Positions 1 to 9,274 of a stretch of 64,000 nucleotides of DNA are shown in pieces; the stretch's first letter is position 1; the number at the start of each line of letters is the position of its first letter. The stretch comes from an uncultured Gemmatimonadales bacterium (GTDB lineage Bacteria; Gemmatimonadota; Gemmatimonadetes; Gemmatimonadales; GWC2-71-9): positions 64,001-128,000 of the forward strand of contig CAWHFW010000004.1 of assembly GCA_963828735.1 (NCBI GenBank), read 5' to 3'. Both the position numbers and the translations under genes were made by a program. The notes under the pieces were generated by a model. The model did not search any database. It was given only the letters and a program-made list of their open reading frames with translations, and was not told the DNA's origin.

Positions 1-1
1 C

Positions 2-286
2 GACAGCACCGGTCGGGTCGTCGGGCCCGGTGACTTCCAGGCCCAGGCCGAACGGGTGTTCGGCAACCTGCGCGTGGCCCTCGCGAGCGTCGGCGCATCC
101 TTCGCGAACGTGCTCAAGACCACGACGTACATCACCGACGTCAAGAACGTCGCGCCGCTTCGCGAGATCCGTGCCCGCTATTTCGATCCCGGGCACCCGC
201 CCGCGAACACGCTCATCGCGGTCGCGGCGCTCGCACGGCCGGAGTTCCTGCTCGAGATCGAGGCCGTCGTGGACCTGCAACGATGA
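2..286 (+). CDS. RidA/YjgF family protein (5' truncated by window)
   Basis: GDFQAQAERVFGNL...PPANTLIAVAALARPEFLLEIEA motif; frame open from base 2. Confidence 0.9.
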   Translation, partial: DSTGRVVGPGDFQAQAERVFGNLRVALASVGASFANVLKTTTYITDVKNVAPLREIRARYFDPGHPPANTLIAVAALARPEFLLEIEAVVDLQR

Positions 287-882
287 CGCCGGCCGTGCAC
301 CTGCTCGTCGTGGAGGGCTTCGCCGATTGGGAGCCCGCCTACGCTCTGGCGGAGCTCCGGCGCAGCGGCGGGTTCGAGATCGTGACCGTCGGCTTCACCG
401 CCGACGCCGTTCGTTCGATGGGCGGGGTCCGAGTGCTGCCCGACAAGGCCCTGGCCGCGGTAGCGGTGCCCGAGGTGCGTCTGCTGATCCTCCCGGGCGG
501 GGATCTCTGGGAGGGCGACTACCCGCGGTCGGAGCTCGAGGCCTTGCTCCACCGGCTCGCGGCCGCGGACGTACCGATCGCGGCGATCTGCGGCGCCACG
601 CTGGCCGTCGCGCGCGCCGGGCTGCTGGATGATCGCGCGCATACGAGCAACGAGCTCGCGTACCTGCAGCGCATGGTCCCCGGCTACGCCGGCGCCGATC
701 GCTACCTGGACGCGCTCGCGGTGCGCGACCGGGGGCTCATCACGGCCAGCGGGCTGGGGCCGACGGAATTCGCTCGCGAGATCTTTCAGGAGCTGGACGT
801 TTTCGGCCCCGAAGACCGGCAGCTCTGGTATCACGTCTTCAAGCATGGACGGTACCCGGAGGCATCCGAGCGTCCGAGTTGA
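283..882 (+). CDS. DJ-1/PfpI family protein
   Basis: GFADWE, LILPGG, AAICGA motifs; ATGA overlap with upstream stop. Confidence 0.9.
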   Translation: MTPAVHLLVVEGFADWEPAYALAELRRSGGFEIVTVGFTADAVRSMGGVRVLPDKALAAVAVPEVRLLILPGGDLWEGDYPRSELEALLHRLAAADVPIAAICGATLAVARAGLLDDRAHTSNELAYLQRMVPGYAGADRYLDALAVRDRGLITASGLGPTEFAREIFQELDVFGPEDRQLWYHVFKHGRYPEASERPS

Positions 883-905
883 CGGCCGCGGACCATCGGC
901 CGTCA
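880..905. other. 9-bp inverted repeat (hairpin) after DJ-1 gene
   Basis: TGACGGCCG-N8-CGGCCGTCA; no U-tract. Confidence 0.5.
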
Positions 906-955
906 GCCGCGCCCCTCAGTCGCTTTCCCGCCCGACGTGCGCGCCTCGCCCTTCC

Positions 956-974
956 CGGCTAACATGCAGACATG
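956..974 (+). promoter_or_regulatory. -10 box plus ATG module, copy 1 (putative leaderless start)
   Basis: TAACAT-GCAGAC-ATG; 17/19 identical to 5715-5733. Confidence 0.55.
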
Positions 975-1625
975 ACGTCCGTTCGCCGTCCATCGCTCGA
1001 CCGTGATCTCCCCATGCATCTCGATCTTCCTCATCAGACCTATCCCGGCGCTCCGATCGATGATCCAGCGGTGCTCGAACGACTGCCGTCCGAGCTGGCT
1101 TCGGCGCTGCGCCGGCGAAACGGTTGCGTCGGGTTCCTCGGCGCCCTCCACGTACGCGGCGCCTGCCTCGCGCCGGCCTGGCACTCCCTGCGCCACGCCT
1201 GGGATGGCCCGGACGCGCTGCACGAGCTCTACACGGAGGTGGACCCGGCGGATGTCCCGTTCGCGGAGGACGGCTTCGGAGACCAATTTCTCATTCGGCA
1301 GGGTCGAGTGCTCCGCTTGAGCGGCGAACTGGGGGAGATCGAGGACCTGGCGAGCTCGCCCGCGGAGTTCTTCGCCCGCCTCATCACCGACGCCGAGCAG
1401 GTGCTCGACTACGAGCCGCTCCTCCGGTTCCGCGACCAGGGCAACGACCTTCGTCCGGGCCAGGTCCTCGCCGCCCACCCGCCATTCGTGCTGCAGGCGG
1501 CCGGGACCGGGCGCGAGCTCCGCGCGGAGGATGCGATCGAGCGACGCCGCACGCTGGCCGCGCTGGCCAAGCGCCTGCACGGGCTGCCCGACGGCGCGCA
1601 CGTGCGGCTGGACGGTCTCGCCTGA
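972..1625 (+). CDS. SMI1/KNR4 (SUKH)/DUF1851-like putative immunity protein
   Basis: FAEDGFGDQF motif and C-terminal LRPGQVL..PPF..LPDG; alternative start 1014. Confidence 0.6.
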   Translation: MTSVRRPSLDRDLPMHLDLPHQTYPGAPIDDPAVLERLPSELASALRRRNGCVGFLGALHVRGACLAPAWHSLRHAWDGPDALHELYTEVDPADVPFAEDGFGDQFLIRQGRVLRLSGELGEIEDLASSPAEFFARLITDAEQVLDYEPLLRFRDQGNDLRPGQVLAAHPPFVLQAAGTGRELRAEDAIERRRTLAALAKRLHGLPDGAHVRLDGLA

Positions 1626-1639
1626 CGGAGCCGGCGTCG

Positions 1640-2146
1640 ATGCCCGACCGGCCGAGCTCGGTGTTGCGTCGGCTCACGAACGGCGTCTACGTGGTGGGCG
1701 TCGTCCACGAAGGGCGAGTGAACGCGTTCACCGCCGCCTGGATTACGCAGGTTTCCTTCGAGCCACTGTTGATTGCGCTGAGCATCAACCCGCGGAATGC
1801 CTCCTATTCGCTGCTCGAGCGGAGCGGCGGGTTCACCGTGAGCGTGCTGGGGCGAGGCCGGCTCGAGCTCGCGGATCACTTCGGCAACCAGTCCGGGCGG
1901 GACACGAACAAGCTCGAGGGAATGCGCTGGCGGTCGAGCCGCAACGGGGCTCCGGTGCTGACCGACGCGGTGGCGTGGCTCGAGTGCCGGGTCACCGCCT
2001 CGGTGCCGGCGGGCGATCACGCGTTGATCGTGGCGCGAGTGACGGGTGGTGCCGTGATCGATCCGTCCCTTGCGCCCATGACCTACGAGGAAACCGGCGA
2101 TCTCGACGGCAGCACCGGGTTGTATCCCGCTGAGTTCCGGGGGTGA
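1640..2146 (+). CDS. Flavin reductase family protein
   Basis: GVYVV, FTAAWITQVSFEP, AGDH motifs. Confidence 0.9.
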   Translation: MPDRPSSVLRRLTNGVYVVGVVHEGRVNAFTAAWITQVSFEPLLIALSINPRNASYSLLERSGGFTVSVLGRGRLELADHFGNQSGRDTNKLEGMRWRSSRNGAPVLTDAVAWLECRVTASVPAGDHALIVARVTGGAVIDPSLAPMTYEETGDLDGSTGLYPAEFRG

Positions 2147-2757
2147 TGGCGTTCGCGCGGAACGCGGACCCGGTGGTCCGCTCGACCCCGGCCGGCGGAC
2201 CGAGGCCCACACCAGCCGAGGTCGCCGCGGCGGCGGGCCGGACCGTCCCGGACCTGATCGCGCCGGGACTCGCCGTTCTGTTCTGCGGCATCAATCCCGG
2301 CCTGTATTCCGCCGCCACGGTCCACCATTTCGCACGCCCGGGCAATCGGTTCTGGCGGGCGATCCGTGACGCGGGATTCACCGACGGGCTGATCCATCCC
2401 TGGGAGGAGCGCCGGTTGCTCGAGCTCGGCATCGGCATCACGAACCTCGTGCCGCGCGCCACCGCCGGCGCCTCCGAGCTCACCGCCGCCGAGCTCCGAC
2501 GCGGTCGGGCGCGGCTGGCCGCGAAAATCGGACGCTATCGTCCCGGGTGCCTGGCCGTGCTCGGCATCGGCGCCTACCGCGCCGCGTTCGCCCGACCGCG
2601 CGCGACCTTCGGGCTTCAGGAGGAGACGATCCGGGAGACGGCGGTCTGGGTGCTGCCCAATCCCAGCGGACTCAACGCCAACCATCAGCTCGCCGATCTG
2701 GCTCGCGCGTTCCGGGAGCTCCGGCTGTTCGCGAGCCGGACCGGCCGTCATGAATGA
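2143..2757 (+). CDS. mug: G/U mismatch-specific DNA glycosylase
   Basis: LFCGINPG, HFARPGNRFW, LPNPSGLN. Confidence 0.92.
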   Translation: MMAFARNADPVVRSTPAGGPRPTPAEVAAAAGRTVPDLIAPGLAVLFCGINPGLYSAATVHHFARPGNRFWRAIRDAGFTDGLIHPWEERRLLELGIGITNLVPRATAGASELTAAELRRGRARLAAKIGRYRPGCLAVLGIGAYRAAFARPRATFGLQEETIRETAVWVLPNPSGLNANHQLADLARAFRELRLFASRTGRHE

Positions 2758-2805
2758 CTGCTCCCCCCAGCGGGCCATGAAGACCTTTCACCGCCGAGGC
2801 GTCCG

Positions 2806-3384
2806 ATGACCCGGCCTGCCGCGTCCCTCATGCTCGTGCTCGTGCTTGCGTGCGAGACGCCCGCGCCGAAGAGGCCTGCCGCCGCCCCGGCGGCGCGCAC
2901 GCCGCCGACAGAGGCCGCGATCGGCGAGGCGGCCGTCGCCGCCGTCGTCGCCGCGCCCTGGGACCGGGATCCCACAGGGTGGGGCACCCTGTGCACGGCC
3001 GCGTTGCCCTGCGACACCGTCGTGATCGAGCCGCGCATCGTCTCGCTGCCGGCCCAGGCGCCGGCGTTCTTCGTGCCCGACCGGCGCGATCAGGCCGCCT
3101 CCCTCAGCGCGTACACCCTGGGCCTGGTGTCGGTCCCGGGGCGGTACACCATGCTGGGCTCGTGGCGGCAGTGCAGCTCGCGGCGTGACACGCCGCAGTG
3201 GAGCAAGGCGCGCATCGCTTGCGTGGCGCTCGGCGTCGCGGGGCTCGAGACCGCGAGCCCCGATGCCATTACGTTCGCGCTCATGGTAGCCACTCCCGCC
3301 CGGGGATTGAGCTGGCCGCGCGTGCGGGTCACTCGCCCGCGCGAGAGCTGGCGCGGACGCCTGCTGAGCAACGCGAGCCGCTGA
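2806..3384 (+). CDS. Hypothetical lipoprotein
   Basis: hydrophobic signal ending VLAC. Confidence 0.6.
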   Translation: MTRPAASLMLVLVLACETPAPKRPAAAPAARTPPTEAAIGEAAVAAVVAAPWDRDPTGWGTLCTAALPCDTVVIEPRIVSLPAQAPAFFVPDRRDQAASLSAYTLGLVSVPGRYTMLGSWRQCSSRRDTPQWSKARIACVALGVAGLETASPDAITFALMVATPARGLSWPRVRVTRPRESWRGRLLSNASR

Positions 3385-3426
3385 CGAGGGCTGGCGCGCG
3401 AGTCCCGGCCGCGCCAGAATCCCCCC

Positions 3427-4017
3427 ATGACCACCCTGTCGGCGAGCGAGCTCGACGGCGTCCTGGCGTTCCTGCGTGAAGCGGAGCGACTGAAGACCGT
3501 CACGAGGAGCGCCTGGACATCGGAGGCCCAGCCCGAGAGCGTCGCCGAGCACACCTGGCGGGTGTGCCTGATGGCCATGCTGCTCTACGGCGGCGCGCCC
3601 GACGTCGATCTGGCCCGACTGCTCCGCATGTGCCTCGTGCACGACCTGGGCGAGGCGCTGGGCGGCGACGTCCCGGCGCCCCAGCAGGAAGCGGCCGCGC
3701 CCAAGGCCGGACAGGAGCGCGCGGATCTGCTCCGCCTGACGGCGCCGCTTCCCGCGCGGCTCCGTGACGAGATCGTGGAGCTATGGGACGAGTACGAGGC
3801 CGCCGCGACCGCGGAGGCGCGGCTCGCCAAGGGCCTCGACAAGCTGGAGACGATCCTGCAGCACACGCAGGGCAGGAACCCCGCCGACTTCGACTACGGT
3901 TTCAATCTCGCCTACGGTCGCCGGTACACCGCCGGCGATCCGCTGCTCGAGGCGTTGCGCGAGCGGCTCGACGCCGAGACCGCCCGCCTCGCCGGCGAGC
4001 CGCCTCCGCCGGCGTAG
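3427..4017 (+). CDS. HD domain hydrolase
   Basis: ESVAEHTWR, LVHDLGE, DKLE. Confidence 0.9.
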   Translation: MTTLSASELDGVLAFLREAERLKTVTRSAWTSEAQPESVAEHTWRVCLMAMLLYGGAPDVDLARLLRMCLVHDLGEALGGDVPAPQQEAAAPKAGQERADLLRLTAPLPARLRDEIVELWDEYEAAATAEARLAKGLDKLETILQHTQGRNPADFDYGFNLAYGRRYTAGDPLLEALRERLDAETARLAGEPPPPA

Positions 4018-4022
4018 CCGCG

Positions 4023-4565
4023 ATGCCCACGCACGTCGCGCTGCTCCGCGCGGTCAACCTCGGTCCGCACAACAAGGTCGGCATGGCCGATCTCCGCGGG
4101 CTGGCCGAGGCGCTGGGGTTCGCCGACGCACGGACACTGCTCCAGAGCGGCAACCTCGTGTTCCGGAACGCCCGGCCCACGGGGGCCGCCCTCGAGGCCA
4201 GACTCGAGCGCGAGGCCGCGAAGCGACTCGGCGTCGATACTCCCTTCTTCGTTCGCACGGCGGCGGAGTGGCAGGCGATCGTCGCGGCGAACCCCTTCCG
4301 CGAGGAGGCGCGCCGCGATCCGGGCCATCTCCTGCTGCTCTGCCTCAAGGCGGAGCCTCCCGCGGGTGCGCTCGACCGTCTCCGGGAGGCCATCCGCGGC
4401 CGGGAGGTAGTGCACACCGACGGCCGGCAGGCATACGTGGTCTATCCCGACGGCGTCGGTACCTCCAAGCTCACGATCGCGCTCCTCGAGCGGAAACTGG
4501 GCACCGCCGGCACCGGCCGGAACTGGAACACCGTGCTCAAGCTGGCCGCGCTGGTGGGGACCTGA
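4023..4565 (+). CDS. DUF1697 family protein
   Basis: ALLRAVNLG, LLQSGNLVF, TGRNWNT. Confidence 0.9.
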   Translation: MPTHVALLRAVNLGPHNKVGMADLRGLAEALGFADARTLLQSGNLVFRNARPTGAALEARLEREAAKRLGVDTPFFVRTAAEWQAIVAANPFREEARRDPGHLLLLCLKAEPPAGALDRLREAIRGREVVHTDGRQAYVVYPDGVGTSKLTIALLERKLGTAGTGRNWNTVLKLAALVGT

Positions 4566-4568
4566 CGC

Positions 4569-5195
4569 ATGGCGGACGAGCTGGGCCGCTTCGCCCTGGT
4601 GACCTTCACCTCGATCTTCTTCATCGTGGACCCGATCGCGGCGATTCCCACCTACCTCGTCATCACCCAGCAGGAGACCCCGGCCGAACGGAAGCGCACG
4701 GCGCGCCGCGCGTGCATCGCGATGACGGCGATGCTCGTCGCATTCGGCGCGACCGGGACGATGCTCTTCCGGGCGTTCGGCATCACCTTGCCGGCGTTTC
4801 GCACGGCCGGAGGCCTGATTCTCTGGTTCGTCGCCATGGACATGCTGCAGGGGGAACGGCGGACGCAGGAGGGGCGCGACGAAGTGTACGAAGGCCAGAT
4901 CAAGGAGGACGTGGCCCTCACGCCACTCGCGATCCCGATGCTGGCCGGTCCCGGCGCCATCTCCACCGCCATCGTGATCGCAGGCCAGGCGCGCGGCGTG
5001 GGACAGAACGCCGTGGTGTACGCATCCATCGTGGCGACCGGACTGCTCTCCTACGTCTCCCTCCGGCTGGGCGAGCCGTTGCTCGGCCGGCTCGGCAAGA
5101 CGGGCATCCGCGTCCTCACTCGGATCATGGGTCTCATCCTGGCGGCCGTGGCCGTGCAGTTCGTGTTCAGCGGTGTCCGGGAGGCGTTCCGCTGA
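4569..5195 (+). CDS. marC: MarC family membrane protein
   Basis: IVDP, PLAIPMLAGPGAI, RIMGLIL. Confidence 0.92.
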   Translation: MADELGRFALVTFTSIFFIVDPIAAIPTYLVITQQETPAERKRTARRACIAMTAMLVAFGATGTMLFRAFGITLPAFRTAGGLILWFVAMDMLQGERRTQEGRDEVYEGQIKEDVALTPLAIPMLAGPGAISTAIVIAGQARGVGQNAVVYASIVATGLLSYVSLRLGEPLLGRLGKTGIRVLTRIMGLILAAVAVQFVFSGVREAFR

Positions 5196-5303
5196 TGACG
5201 CGGGCCGCCCCGTGGATCCGCGAGCATGTTGATCACCCGTGCGTCCATCGCACCCGCGACGAGCGCAGGTGCGAACGGAAGTGGCAGGTGAAGGGAATCA
5301 TCG

Positions 5304-5723
5304 ATGGCGAATGACGACGTGCCCTTCGTCTCCCGCCGACTCTTGCTGCTCCCCGGCAAGCAGGCGGTGACGCTCGAGGTTCTGAGACCCGGCGAGAGGC
5401 GCGCCGGCGAGTGGACCTGCGTCTACCGGATCCGCGGCCTCGGACGCGTGCGCGCGGGTCGCGTCGTGGGCGATGACGGCCTGCAGGCCCTGCAGCTCGC
5501 GCTGGCCGCCCTCCGGCGGGAGCTGGAGCCGTTCGCCGCGCGGCTCACGTGGACCGGGGAGCCGGGCGAGCTGGGTCTCCCCGAGTTCGTGCCAGACTAT
5601 TTCGGAGCCGAGTTCCGGCGTCGGCTGGAGAGCGTGGTGCGCCGGGAATCCGAGGCGGAAGCGAGCCGGCTCCGGGAGGCGGCGGTCGGTAAGGGCCGCG
5701 CGAGCTCGCCGGGGCGGCTATGA
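5304..5723 (+). CDS. DUF6968-like protein
   Basis: W.C.Y.I.GL and G.DGLQALQLA motifs. Confidence 0.6.
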   Translation: MANDDVPFVSRRLLLLPGKQAVTLEVLRPGERRAGEWTCVYRIRGLGRVRAGRVVGDDGLQALQLALAALRRELEPFAARLTWTGEPGELGLPEFVPDYFGAEFRRRLESVVRRESEAEASRLREAAVGKGRASSPGRL

Positions 5724-5733
5724 TGCAGACATG
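5715..5733 (+). promoter_or_regulatory. -10 box plus ATG module, copy 2
   Basis: TATGAT-GCAGAC-ATG; opens 20-aa ORF 5731-5793. Confidence 0.5.
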
Positions 5734-5789
5734 CCCGTATGGACTGGAGGCACCGGCGCCCGTGGGGTAAGAACGACGAGCGATCTCCC

Positions 5790-6371
5790 GTGACCGAGCC
5801 CGGCCGAACGCTCCTCTGGCGCCGCCTGGACCAGCCTGGCCACGATGCCGCACGGCTGGTGTACCACGAGCCCTTCTGGCAGCTCGGTGGGATGGCGGTG
5901 TTCATGCACCAGGGGCAGGCCTGCCGCCTGGAGTACGCCGTGGTGTGCGACGCCGCCTGGCTCACCCGCCACGCCTGGATCGCCGGCTGGGTGGGACAAC
6001 GGCGCGTCCGGCTCGACGTGCTGGTCACGGCGGATCGCCACTGGCACATCGACGGCCAGGGGTGCGCCGAAGTGGAGGGCTGCATGGACGTGGACCTCGG
6101 GTTTACTCCGTCCACCAATCTGCTCCCCATTCGGCGCCTGGCACTGGCGCCCGGCCAGGAGGCGGCGGCACGCGCCGCCTGGCTCTCGTTCCCAGGCTTC
6201 ACGCTCGAGCCGCTCGAGCAGGTCTATCGCCGCCTCGCGCCGACGACGTATCGCTACGAGGCGGACGGGGGGGCGTTCACCGCCGACCTCGAAGTGGACG
6301 AGGACGGGTTCGTCCGGCGCTACGCGGATGCATGGGAGCTCGTGGAGGAATCGGTGGTCCGGCACAGCTGA
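5790..6371 (+). CDS. Putative glycolipid-binding domain protein
   Basis: WRRLD.PG, DVDLGFTPSTNLLPIRRL, VDEDG; GTG start. Confidence 0.85.
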   Translation: MTEPGRTLLWRRLDQPGHDAARLVYHEPFWQLGGMAVFMHQGQACRLEYAVVCDAAWLTRHAWIAGWVGQRRVRLDVLVTADRHWHIDGQGCAEVEGCMDVDLGFTPSTNLLPIRRLALAPGQEAAARAAWLSFPGFTLEPLEQVYRRLAPTTYRYEADGGAFTADLEVDEDGFVRRYADAWELVEESVVRHS

Positions 6372-6471
6372 TCCCGAGGCCGCACATGAACCGGGGATGG
6401 AGGCCGTCGAGGAGCACTCGCCAGGTCGGTCCGGTCGCCGACCTCGAGCGCATCCGGGCGCGTTGGCGGCG

Positions 6472-6798
6472 ATGATCGCCAGGATCTGGCACGGGGTCAC
6501 GCGCGCCTCCGACTTTGACGCGTACTGGCGGCTCCTGCAGGAGCTGGCGATTCCGGACTACCGGCGTACGCCGGGCAATCGTGGCGTCCGACTGTTCCGC
6601 CGGCTGGATGGCGACCGCGCGCACTTTCTCACCCTGAGCTACTGGACCTCGCTCGACGCGATCCGTGCTTTCGCGGGCGACGACATCGAGATCGCCAAGT
6701 ACTATCCCGAGGATCGCGACTTCCTGCTCGAGTTCGAGCCCACCGTGCAGCACTTCGAGGTGATCGGACCCGAGGTCTCTCCGCTGGAGTCGTCCTGA
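6472..6798 (+). CDS. Antibiotic biosynthesis monooxygenase-like protein
   Basis: MIARIWHG...PGNRG...W.SLDAIRAFAG..AKYYPED. Confidence 0.85.
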   Translation: MIARIWHGVTRASDFDAYWRLLQELAIPDYRRTPGNRGVRLFRRLDGDRAHFLTLSYWTSLDAIRAFAGDDIEIAKYYPEDRDFLLEFEPTVQHFEVIGPEVSPLESS

Positions 6799-7230
6799 GC
6801 CTCAGGACGCTCCGCCTGGCCTCGGTGCTCGCGAGCGCCGCCTGCGCGCCGCACCCGGCGGCCACGCCTGCCCCTACGTCCGCGATCGCCTGCGCCTCTG
6901 GCGACACTGCCCTGGTGCGCGACGTCGTGTACTTCGGCCGCAACCGGCCCGACGGCGGCACCGTGAGCGACGCGGAGTGGCAGGGATTTCTGGACGAGGT
7001 GGTCACGCCCAGCCTTCCCCAACGGGTTCACCCTCGTCGAGGCGACGGGGCAGTGGAAGGCACAGAGCGGCATGGTCGAGCGCGAGCGATCGGAGATCGT
7101 GACGGTCCTGCATACGGGGAGCGAGGCGGATCGCCTGGCGGTCGCGGCGGTGGCCGGCGAGTACAAGCGGCGGTTCCGGCAGGAGGCCGTGCTGCGCGAG
7201 CGCACCACGACCTGCGCCCACTTCGAGTGA
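6795..7230 (+). pseudogene. DUF3574 lipoprotein with +1 frameshift near 7011-7014
   Basis: YFGRNRPDG..EW..FLDEVVTP in one frame continues as FPNGFTLVEATGQW...YKRRFRQEAVLR in the next; start uncertain (6795 CTG or 6825 GTG). Confidence 0.8.
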
Positions 7231-7751
7231 GCGGGCACCGGATGCCGGAGCCCGTGACCGGCGCCGTCCGGGTCCGGATCGCGACGCCTGCCGATGCTCC
7301 GATCATCGCCGGCCACCGGGCGCGGATGTTCCGCGACATGGGCCAGCTTCCGCCCGACACGTACGGGCTGCTCTACGACGCCTCCGAGGCCCGGCTCCGG
7401 GACGCGCTCACGCGCGGCGAGTACGTCGGCTGGCTCGCGCTGCCGCCCGACGATGACACCGTGGTCGGCGGGGTGGGGGCGCAGCGCCGCCTCGTGCTCC
7501 CGCATCCGGTGCGGCGTCCCGACGGCGCCATCGGCGTCGGGGAGGGGCGCCACGCGATCGTGCTCAACGTCTTCACCGAGCCGGCGTGGCGCCGGCGGGG
7601 CGTGGCGGAGGTCCTCATGCGTCACGTGCTCCGCTGGGCCGAGGCGGAGCGGCTCGATCGCCTGGTGCTGCACGCCTCTGACGAGGGGCGCCCACTGTAC
7701 GCTCGCCTCGGATTCGTCGCGACCAACGAGATGCGGTACCAGGCGCCATGA
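7227..7751 (+). CDS. GNAT N-acetyltransferase
   Basis: NVFTEPAWRRRGVA, LHAS..GRPLY..LGF; start 7227 or 7242. Confidence 0.9.
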   Translation: MSGHRMPEPVTGAVRVRIATPADAPIIAGHRARMFRDMGQLPPDTYGLLYDASEARLRDALTRGEYVGWLALPPDDDTVVGGVGAQRRLVLPHPVRRPDGAIGVGEGRHAIVLNVFTEPAWRRRGVAEVLMRHVLRWAEAERLDRLVLHASDEGRPLYARLGFVATNEMRYQAP

Positions 7752-8626
7752 CCGACGGCGAGGCCGCGGAGGTCCTGCTCGCCACCTGCGCGGATCTCCC
7801 GACGCTCACCGCCGATGACGAGGCTCTGCGTGCCAGCCTCGAGGCGCGCGGGGCCCGCGTCCGGGCGCTCCCCTGGCACGCCATCGACCCCGAGGATTCC
7901 TCGGCGATCGTCTGCCTGCGCTCCACCTGGGACTATCACCGGCGGTGGCCCGAGTTCCGCGGTTGGATCGAGGGATTCGCGCGAGCCGCCGGACGATTGT
8001 GGAATCCTCCGTCCACCGTTCTGTGGAATGCCGACAAGCGCTACCTGGGCGAGCTCGCCGAGGGTGGCATCGCGCTCCCGGTCACGCGCTGGTACGAGCC
8101 GGGCACCCGGCCGGATGTCGACGCGTTCTTTCGCGAGACCGGCGTTGCCCAGGCAGTGCTCAAGCCGCGCGTTTCGGCGACGGCGTTCGGCACTCACCTG
8201 CTCACCCCCGGGAGCGATCGCCGCGATCTTGACTGGCCCGCGCTCGACCGGGCCGGCGCGGTGCTGCAGGCGTTCGTGCCCGAGATCGCGGCGGGCGAGG
8301 TGTCGCTCGTCTTCGTGGACGGGAGCTACACTCACGCGGTCCACAAGCAGCCGGCGCCGGGCGAGTTCCGGGTGCAGAGAGACTTTGGTGGTCGCATCGC
8401 GACGATGGCACCCTCGCCGCCGCTTCGGACGTTCGCGGAGCGCGTGCTCCAGACCGCGGCGCGGCCCTGGATCTATGCGCGGGTGGACCTCGTAGAGACG
8501 CGAGCGGGTCCGATCCTCATGGAGCTCGAGCTGATCGAGCCGGACCTGTTTCTCGCGAGAGCGCCCGACGCGGCTGACCGGCTGGCCGACGCGCTTCTCC
8601 GCCGCTCTTCGAGGGCTGCGGCCTGA
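7748..8626 (+). CDS. ATP-grasp (RimK/GshB-like) protein
   Basis: RSTWDYH, WNADKRYL, KP.VSA, YARVD, ELELIEPDLF. Confidence 0.85.
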   Translation: MTDGEAAEVLLATCADLPTLTADDEALRASLEARGARVRALPWHAIDPEDSSAIVCLRSTWDYHRRWPEFRGWIEGFARAAGRLWNPPSTVLWNADKRYLGELAEGGIALPVTRWYEPGTRPDVDAFFRETGVAQAVLKPRVSATAFGTHLLTPGSDRRDLDWPALDRAGAVLQAFVPEIAAGEVSLVFVDGSYTHAVHKQPAPGEFRVQRDFGGRIATMAPSPPLRTFAERVLQTAARPWIYARVDLVETRAGPILMELELIEPDLFLARAPDAADRLADALLRRSSRAAA

Positions 8627-8686
8627 GCCCCTCTCCGGATACCTTGAGGGACGGTCCGCGTGTGCCACCCGAGTCCGGAGATTCCG

Positions 8687-9274
8687 ATGTTGCACCAGTC
8701 CGAGCCCGAGAGCCTGCCGGCTCCCGCCTACGATCCCGTCACCGAGCGCCTGCTGCGCGCCCGCACGATCATCATCAGCGGAGAAATCACGCAACGACTG
8801 GCCGCGACGGTTTCCGGCCAGCTCCTCGCCCTCGCCGCCGAATCCGACGCCGGCATCACGCTGTTCATCAACTCGCAGGGCGGCCACGTCGAGGCCGGCG
8901 ACACCTTACACGATCTCGTGCGGTTCGTGCGGTCCCCGGTGCGCATGATCGGCACGGGCTGGGTCGCGAGCGCGGGCGCGCTGGTGTACGTCGCCGCGCC
9001 GAAAGAGCGGCGGTTCTGCCTGCCCAACACGCGGTTCCTGCTCCATCAGCCTGCGGGGGGTGCCGGAGGCACGGCGAGCGATATCGACATCGAGGCGCGG
9101 GAGATCCTGCGCATGCGCGACCGGCTCAACCGCATCTTCGCGCGGGAGACGGGACAGCCTCTCGAGCGGATCGAGGAGGACACCCATCGGAACTTCTGGC
9201 TGGGCGCCGAGGCGGCCCTCCGATACGGCCTGGTGGGCCGGGTCATCGAGCGGGCCACCGACCTGGAAGCTTGA
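8687..9274 (+). CDS. clpP: ClpP protease, Listeria ClpP1-like with Asn at the triad Asp position
   Basis: INSQGGHVEAG, GWVASAG, LHQP, DTHRNFW. Confidence 0.92.
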   Translation: MLHQSEPESLPAPAYDPVTERLLRARTIIISGEITQRLAATVSGQLLALAAESDAGITLFINSQGGHVEAGDTLHDLVRFVRSPVRMIGTGWVASAGALVYVAAPKERRFCLPNTRFLLHQPAGGAGGTASDIDIEAREILRMRDRLNRIFARETGQPLERIEEDTHRNFWLGAEAALRYGLVGRVIERATDLEA

